A stretch of DNA of 20,000 nucleotides from an uncultured virus (IMG/VR IMGVR_UViG_3300037634_003213) (Duplodnaviria > Heunggongvirae > Uroviricota > Caudoviricetes). Location of the stretch: IMG/VR virus record IMGVR_UViG_3300037634_003213. One strand, given 5' to 3'. The notes under the pieces are model-generated. The model did not search any database and was not told where the DNA came from. It was given only the letters and a program-made list of their open reading frames with translations. The position numbers were made by a program, and so were the translations under genes. Shown here piece after piece: positions 16,002-20,000 of this stretch (position 1 is the first letter of the stretch; each line of letters opens with the position of its first letter).

Positions 16002-16030
16002 TTGACAGGGCGCATCAAATGCGCCAAGTT
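16002..16030 (+). promoter_or_regulatory. Divergent control region: TTGACA -35 with a palindromic operator-like site in the spacer
   Basis: TTGACA 16002-16007; GGCGCAT-CAA-ATGCGCC 16009-16025; -10 weak. Confidence 0.5.
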
Positions 16031-16091
16031 CTTTTGGAGGCGGTCAGTTTATTGCTCGTCATTACATTATGCTAATCCAAGGAGAGCACCC

Positions 16092-16727
16092 GTGTCTATT
16101 TTACCTGAAGTTACTGAGACTCTAATGAAGGAAAGCAATACAAGAAAGCTTACAGACCCAAGCGTTTTGATTGCCACGGCTAACCGCATGCTTTCTAAGG
16201 TCACAGTCGAGGGGAACCCAGAGCACCGGACCCGTAGCAAGATTGCCCGCTGGCGCGTATCAAACCTTCTCAGCGCTATTGATGAGGCCACTTGGTTCAA
16301 TATGGTATCAGCAACGCTTGACGGGCAAAAGAAAACCCTGAACAACATGCAGTCAAACGGCGACTGGCAGCCCTGTGGTTTCGAGGCTGAGATCCGCGAG
16401 GACGCTGGGGTGGCTATCTTTATGCTCGGTGTTGAATGGACAGATGAAAACGGGGCGGAAGATGTTGTCTATCAGAACGGTGCCCCTGTTGTAAACGTTA
16501 ACGTCACCACAAAAAGCGAACCAAGCGGTGGCAACGAAATGACTCTTGAGATCTTAAAGATGCTGGCCGCAGGCCAAGTCAATGCTAACGAAGCCATTTC
16601 ACGCTTAGAGGGCGTTCTCTCCTCAAAAGATGAGGAAGAAGTCATTAAAGAAGCAGAGCCTACAGCCAAGGCTAAGACAGCAACCACTAACAAAAAGCGC
16701 TCAATCGGAAAACGACCTACGAACTGA
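16092..16727 (+). CDS. Hypothetical protein (GTG start)
   Basis: AAGGAG RBS before GTG 16092; 211 aa. Confidence 0.75.
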   Translation: MSILPEVTETLMKESNTRKLTDPSVLIATANRMLSKVTVEGNPEHRTRSKIARWRVSNLLSAIDEATWFNMVSATLDGQKKTLNNMQSNGDWQPCGFEAEIREDAGVAIFMLGVEWTDENGAEDVVYQNGAPVVNVNVTTKSEPSGGNEMTLEILKMLAAGQVNANEAISRLEGVLSSKDEEEVIKEAEPTAKAKTATTNKKRSIGKRPTN

Positions 16728-16901
16728 TCGGCGCTCATCAGGATGAATCCTTTGGACCGACCCATCGGCACTAAGAAGCCCTGCAAGTTCGAGGTTTTTA
16801 CCTCGTTCCAGGGCGACCTTTGGTTTATCTCCAGAGTCCACCGCTTTTTTGGCATACTTGGCGGCTCTTGCGATTCCTTGATGACTAATTTTATTTTTCA
16901 T
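16701..16901 (-). CDS. Putative leaderless small basic protein (MKNKISHQGIARAAKYAKK...)
   Basis: Minus-strand TAGTCA-17-TATAAT ending 6 nt before the ATG. Confidence 0.4.
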   Translation of the reverse strand: MKNKISHQGIARAAKYAKKAVDSGDKPKVALERGKNLELAGLLSADGSVQRIHPDERRSVRRSFSD

Positions 16902-16929
16902 AAAAACATTATACCCCACGGAGTACAAC

Positions 16930-17868
16930 TTGACTAAACCTGAAGGCTGGCACGAGGCAAGAATGTCTGGTTTGGGGGGCTCCGACATTGCGGCAGTCCT
17001 CGGATTATCTAAATGGACCAGTCCCATTGACGTGTGGAATCAGAAGCGAGGGCTTGTTGAGCCACTTGATGAAACCAATCCAATGAGGCGAGGCCGTTTG
17101 TTAGAACCTGCTATTGCTGAATGGTATGCAGAAGAAACTGGTCTTGATGTTTTGAACGGTGAAGAGATGCCCATCGTTGGGCCAAAGCCATTTATGCTTG
17201 CAAGTCCTGATAGGTACGTCAGTGTTAACGGAGCCCGATTCGGGTTGGAGATTAAAACAGCGCGTAGCGCTGACGGCTGGGGAGACTCCCTTAGCGCTGG
17301 CGTGCCTGTCTATTATGCAACCCAGGCTGCTTGGTACATGGCTTGTACTGGTATTGACCGATGGGACTTCGCGGTTCTGTTCTTGGTCAACGATGAGTTC
17401 CGTCGTTACACGCTTTTTCGGGACAAGAAGACAGAGAAGAAGCTTGTAAAGAAATGTGGTGACTGGTGGGAGAAACACGTTTTACTTGGAGAGCCACCAC
17501 CCATCGACGGATCATCGGCTGCTGACAAATATTTACAAGACAAGTTTAGCAATCCAAGTGATGAGTACCGTTCTCCAGACATAGAGGAGGAAGCTTTGAT
17601 CTTTGATCTGGATGACATCCAAACGGAAATCAAGTCTTTGAAAGAAAAAGAATCGCTTTTAAAGAACAAAATTAAAGAACGTATAGGCAAAAACGCGGGC
17701 TTTCGTGGGGTGTTCGGAACCGTATCTTGGAAGCTTAGCAAGGGCCGGTCAAGCCTCAACTCCAAAGCTCTTAAGGAAAAACACCCAGACATAGCAAAAG
17801 CTTTTACTAGAACGTCTGAACCTGCAAGGATTTTAAGAATGAACATTCAACACAAGAGAGGCAACTAA
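16930..17868 (+). CDS. YqaJ-like (lambda-exonuclease family) recombination nuclease
   Basis: W...R..GLGGSDIAAVLGLSKW.SP..VW, GRLLEP, ASPDR, LEIKT, Y..Q..WYM. Confidence 0.93.
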   Translation: MTKPEGWHEARMSGLGGSDIAAVLGLSKWTSPIDVWNQKRGLVEPLDETNPMRRGRLLEPAIAEWYAEETGLDVLNGEEMPIVGPKPFMLASPDRYVSVNGARFGLEIKTARSADGWGDSLSAGVPVYYATQAAWYMACTGIDRWDFAVLFLVNDEFRRYTLFRDKKTEKKLVKKCGDWWEKHVLLGEPPPIDGSSAADKYLQDKFSNPSDEYRSPDIEEEALIFDLDDIQTEIKSLKEKESLLKNKIKERIGKNAGFRGVFGTVSWKLSKGRSSLNSKALKEKHPDIAKAFTRTSEPARILRMNIQHKRGN

Positions 17869-18656
17869 TGGCTAAAAACGAAATCGCTCAGAAACCAGTA
17901 ACTAAGATGGACAAATTTAAAGATCTCATCAACGGTAAGATGAAGTCGCAAGTGGCAGCCATCTTACCGAAACACCTTACTCCTGAACGCCTGTGCAAGG
18001 TCATGATTGTTGAGGCAAGCAGAACTCCTAAGCTATTGGAATGCACAACCATTTCCGTGGCAGAGTCTATTATGCTGTCCGCTCAACTCGGGCTGGAGCC
18101 AGGCGGCACACTGGGCCACATCTACTTCATCCCATACGGAAACAAGTGTACGCCTATCATTGGCTACAAGGGATACCTTGAGCTTGCGAGACGTAGTGGA
18201 CAAGTTGCTCGTCTTGATGCTCGTGTCGTCTACGAGGGAGAAAAGTTTGAGGTAACCGCTGGGCTGCATCCCAACATTGAACACGGTGTTCGTGGCGATG
18301 TAGACAGGTCTGACGACAAGATTATTGCCGCATACTCCGTTGCCGTACTCAAAGACGGCTCATGCTACTTCGAGGTTCTCTGGAAGGTAGACATCGACAA
18401 GGTGCGTCGTCGTTCTAAAGCAGGACGTAGCGGCCCATGGGTAGATGACTATTCCCGCATGGCTCGCAAGAGCGCTATCCGGGCGCTGTTTAATGGCGGC
18501 ACCGTACCGATGTCGTTTGAGCTTGCAACGGCTGTTTCCGCAGACGGCGACGATCCTCACGCAAAAATGCCACCTATTGACATCACTCCGTGGGAAGACG
18601 ATAGCAAACCCAAAGAGACTAACGGGATGAGCGACCTTGGCGCGGCACTCGCATGA
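17868..18656 (+). CDS. recT: RecT-family single-strand annealing protein
   Basis: LP.HLTPER, PKLLECT..S, AQLGLEP, Y.IPYG, IIGYKG..ELARRSG, GPW..DY..MARKSAIR; coupled to the yqaJ-like gene. Confidence 0.95.
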   Translation: MAKNEIAQKPVTKMDKFKDLINGKMKSQVAAILPKHLTPERLCKVMIVEASRTPKLLECTTISVAESIMLSAQLGLEPGGTLGHIYFIPYGNKCTPIIGYKGYLELARRSGQVARLDARVVYEGEKFEVTAGLHPNIEHGVRGDVDRSDDKIIAAYSVAVLKDGSCYFEVLWKVDIDKVRRRSKAGRSGPWVDDYSRMARKSAIRALFNGGTVPMSFELATAVSADGDDPHAKMPPIDITPWEDDSKPKETNGMSDLGAALA

Positions 18657-18790
18657 GGCCGGTCAAGCGAATCTGCTTTGAATGTGACCACCGCTATACG
18701 GGTGACGAGCGTTGCCCTAAGTGCGGTCATTTTTCAGGCGAGCCAATTCCCAAAGTGCGTATAAGAATGCTTCTTAGGACTTCTTCTTAG
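18653..18790 (+). CDS. 45-aa zinc-ribbon protein (CFEC...CPKCG), not in ORF track
   Basis: ATGA overlap with the recT stop; hand-translated MRPVKRICFECDHRYTGDERCPKCGHF... Confidence 0.6.
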   Translation: MRPVKRICFECDHRYTGDERCPKCGHFSGEPIPKVRIRMLLRTSS

Positions 18791-18999
18791 GCGTCTTCTT
18801 CTGCCGGAGCCTCTTCTTCTGCCGGAGCCTCTTCTTCTGCGGGAGACGCTGGAGCAGGAGCCTCTGCCTCTTCAGCAGGGGCGACCTCATCTGGGCCCAT
18901 AAGTTGGCAGGTGCCCAACGTCGTCGTCACAACGAGCGCTCCGCCGACCATGACTACTTTAAGGTTGAGACTTTTCCAAAATGCTTTTAGCTTTTCCAT
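18787..18999 (-). CDS. Small membrane/secreted protein with acidic Ala/Pro repeat tail
   Basis: Hydrophobic VVMVGGALVVTTTLGTC followed by EEEAPA repeats (18-bp tandem). Confidence 0.65.
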   Translation of the reverse strand: MEKLKAFWKSLNLKVVMVGGALVVTTTLGTCQLMGPDEVAPAEEAEAPAPASPAEEEAPAEEEAPAEEDA

Positions 19000-19001
19000 T
19001 T

Positions 19002-19607
19002 CTACCACTCCGTAATAAGGGTGTATGTGAAGGTAGGAGCCCAGTTAGGGTGAAAGGAGATTTGCTTTCGGCAGAGCGTAATTAGCTCATCGAAGTCAGA
19101 TTCTCGCTTGAAAACTTGGCATCCAGCGGACCACTTATCCACATTTGAGGAGTTCGCCCCAGCTTTGTGGAGATTACAGCCGAAGAATCCCTCTTGGATG
19201 GTGCTTGGGTCCATGTCTACGACATCATCCCGGTTACCATCTCGGTATACTTTGATCGGCCCGTTCCGCTGACAGAGAGCGGTGTATTTTCCCCGATGGA
19301 GATCCAGTTTGTATGCACTCCGATACTGGCCTTCGGCAATAATAGCTGTCCCTGCCTCTGTTCCGTAGACCTCTGGATTCTCAAGACAGAAGACGCCTGG
19401 GTCTGTGGTCGCGGCCCAGTATTTGATGACAAAGGGCCCATCAAGGTGCTCTCGATAGGCACAGCACAGGAGATCATCGAACTTGTTCGGCTGGGGATTA
19501 GCTGAACGGATTCCAATGATGTTCAAGTCATAGGGACTCGATCCATCGAAGACTTTGTGCCCAAGAGATTTGACCTGTAGCAGCAGAGGTGGGAGCATGT
19601 CGCTCAT
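19002..19607 (-). CDS. Putative endolysin / L,D-transpeptidase-like cysteine peptidase
   Basis: NLH...WSAGCQV resembles the YkuD H...SxGC motif; LNIIGIR, FDD, TTDPG, GQY motifs; GGGGCAACCAAATAATG start. Confidence 0.6.
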   Translation of the reverse strand: MSDMLPPLLLQVKSLGHKVFDGSSPYDLNIIGIRSANPQPNKFDDLLCCAYREHLDGPFVIKYWAATTDPGVFCLENPEVYGTEAGTAIIAEGQYRSAYKLDLHRGKYTALCQRNGPIKVYRDGNRDDVVDMDPSTIQEGFFGCNLHKAGANSSNVDKWSAGCQVFKRESDFDELITLCRKQISFHPNWAPTFTYTLITEW

Positions 19608-19789
19608 TATTTGGTTGCCCCCTGCCAGGTTTTGAGAGAGGAGTAGCACGATCTAATCTTCTCATCATAGGCATCCTTAGCAGGAGGCTCTTTCTTCTTA
19701 ATGCCGAGCCGGACCACAGTCACGCAAGATTGGTTCACTTTTACCGTTTCGGTTGAATGCTGACGATACAAAGGAGTTGTTGTGTTCAT
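19607..19789 (-). CDS. Hypothetical protein, 60 aa
   Basis: ATGA and TAATG overlaps with both neighbours. Confidence 0.5.
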   Translation of the reverse strand: MNTTTPLYRQHSTETVKVNQSCVTVVRLGIKKKEPPAKDAYDEKIRSCYSSLKTWQGATK

Positions 19790-20000
19790 TTTTTCAGCGA
19801 ATTGATCAGATCACAAACAATATCGACAGCAAACCCGATGATCTTCTCTTCCTGCCGCTCATTGAGAATCGGCATGTTGACATGCTCATTCACAAACTTG
19901 ACCACCCAGTCACGTTTTTTTTTGCCTGACTTTGGCTTAGGGAAGAGGTCCTCTGCCATAAGGATTGCTTGCTTAAGGATTTTGCCACGGTTGATTTTGT
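19786..20000 (-). CDS. Partial gene (3' end), possibly holin-like
   Basis: Hand-translated ...ILKQAILMAEDLFPKPKSGKKKRDWVVKFVNEH...LKK*; AE...G..K pattern resembles LL-H-type holin tails; upstream of the endolysin-like gene. Confidence 0.5.
   Translation of the reverse strand, partial: KINRGKILKQAILMAEDLFPKPKSGKKKRDWVVKFVNEHVNMPILNERQEEKIIGFAVDIVCDLINSLKK

Larger units (their letters stand above)
171..17870. promoter_or_regulatory. Dispersed start-associated motif GAGGCAAC (extended RBS), 15 copies before start codons
   Basis: GAGGCAAC on + at 171, 543, 725, 1671, 2187, 2365, 2573, 3698, 4057, 6097, 6710, 8172, 10527, 17858 and on - at 14192-14199 (dnaB); each lies a few nt upstream of an ORF-opening or in-frame ATG. 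Confidence 0.9.
1..20000. mobile_element. Segment of a tailed bacteriophage/prophage genome (early/accessory arm, replication, recombination and lysis modules)
   Basis: DnaB, initiator, RuvC-like, YqaJ/RecT and endolysin-like genes plus a dense array of short co-oriented ORFs; no cellular housekeeping operon. Confidence 0.9.

Noticed and set aside
16954..16965. GAGGCAAGAATG as the yqaJ-like start
   Set aside because: It would remove the conserved W...R preceding GLGGSD; TTG 16930 has a GGAG upstream.
1..20000. tRNA/rRNA genes, integrase, transposase, reverse transcriptase
   Set aside because: No cloverleaf or catalytic motifs recognised by eye; tRNAscan and HMM searches were not run.

Overview
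The window looks like part of a tailed dsDNA phage or prophage genome from an unidentified host. Bases ~180-10736 form a one-directional (+) array of about 30 short, tightly coupled, mostly unannotatable early/accessory genes. These include an ArdC-type antirestriction protein, a beta-clamp C-terminal-like protein and an XRE-HTH fusion. The array is interrupted by a non-coding island (4402-4908) with GTCCCAA repeats. A minus-strand replication block follows (HTH, RuvC-like resolvase, initiator, DnaB, FmdB zinc ribbon), then a YqaJ/RecT recombination pair (+) and a probable lysis module (-). The main finding is a start-associated motif, (G)GAGGCAAC(C/T)AATG, whose core sits before 15 start codons across the window. 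Its only orphan copy is antisense, in the hairpin loop of a candidate ~70-nt small RNA (12514-12585) with a putative promoter and a terminator, suggesting a phage sRNA that addresses a whole RBS-defined regulon. A second RBS class (GGAGGTGAGTGATG, 7 copies) and 22-bp-phased iteron-like repeats shared by the initiator gene and the distant island are also notable. All motif counts were made by eye and family calls come from remembered motifs, not database searches.
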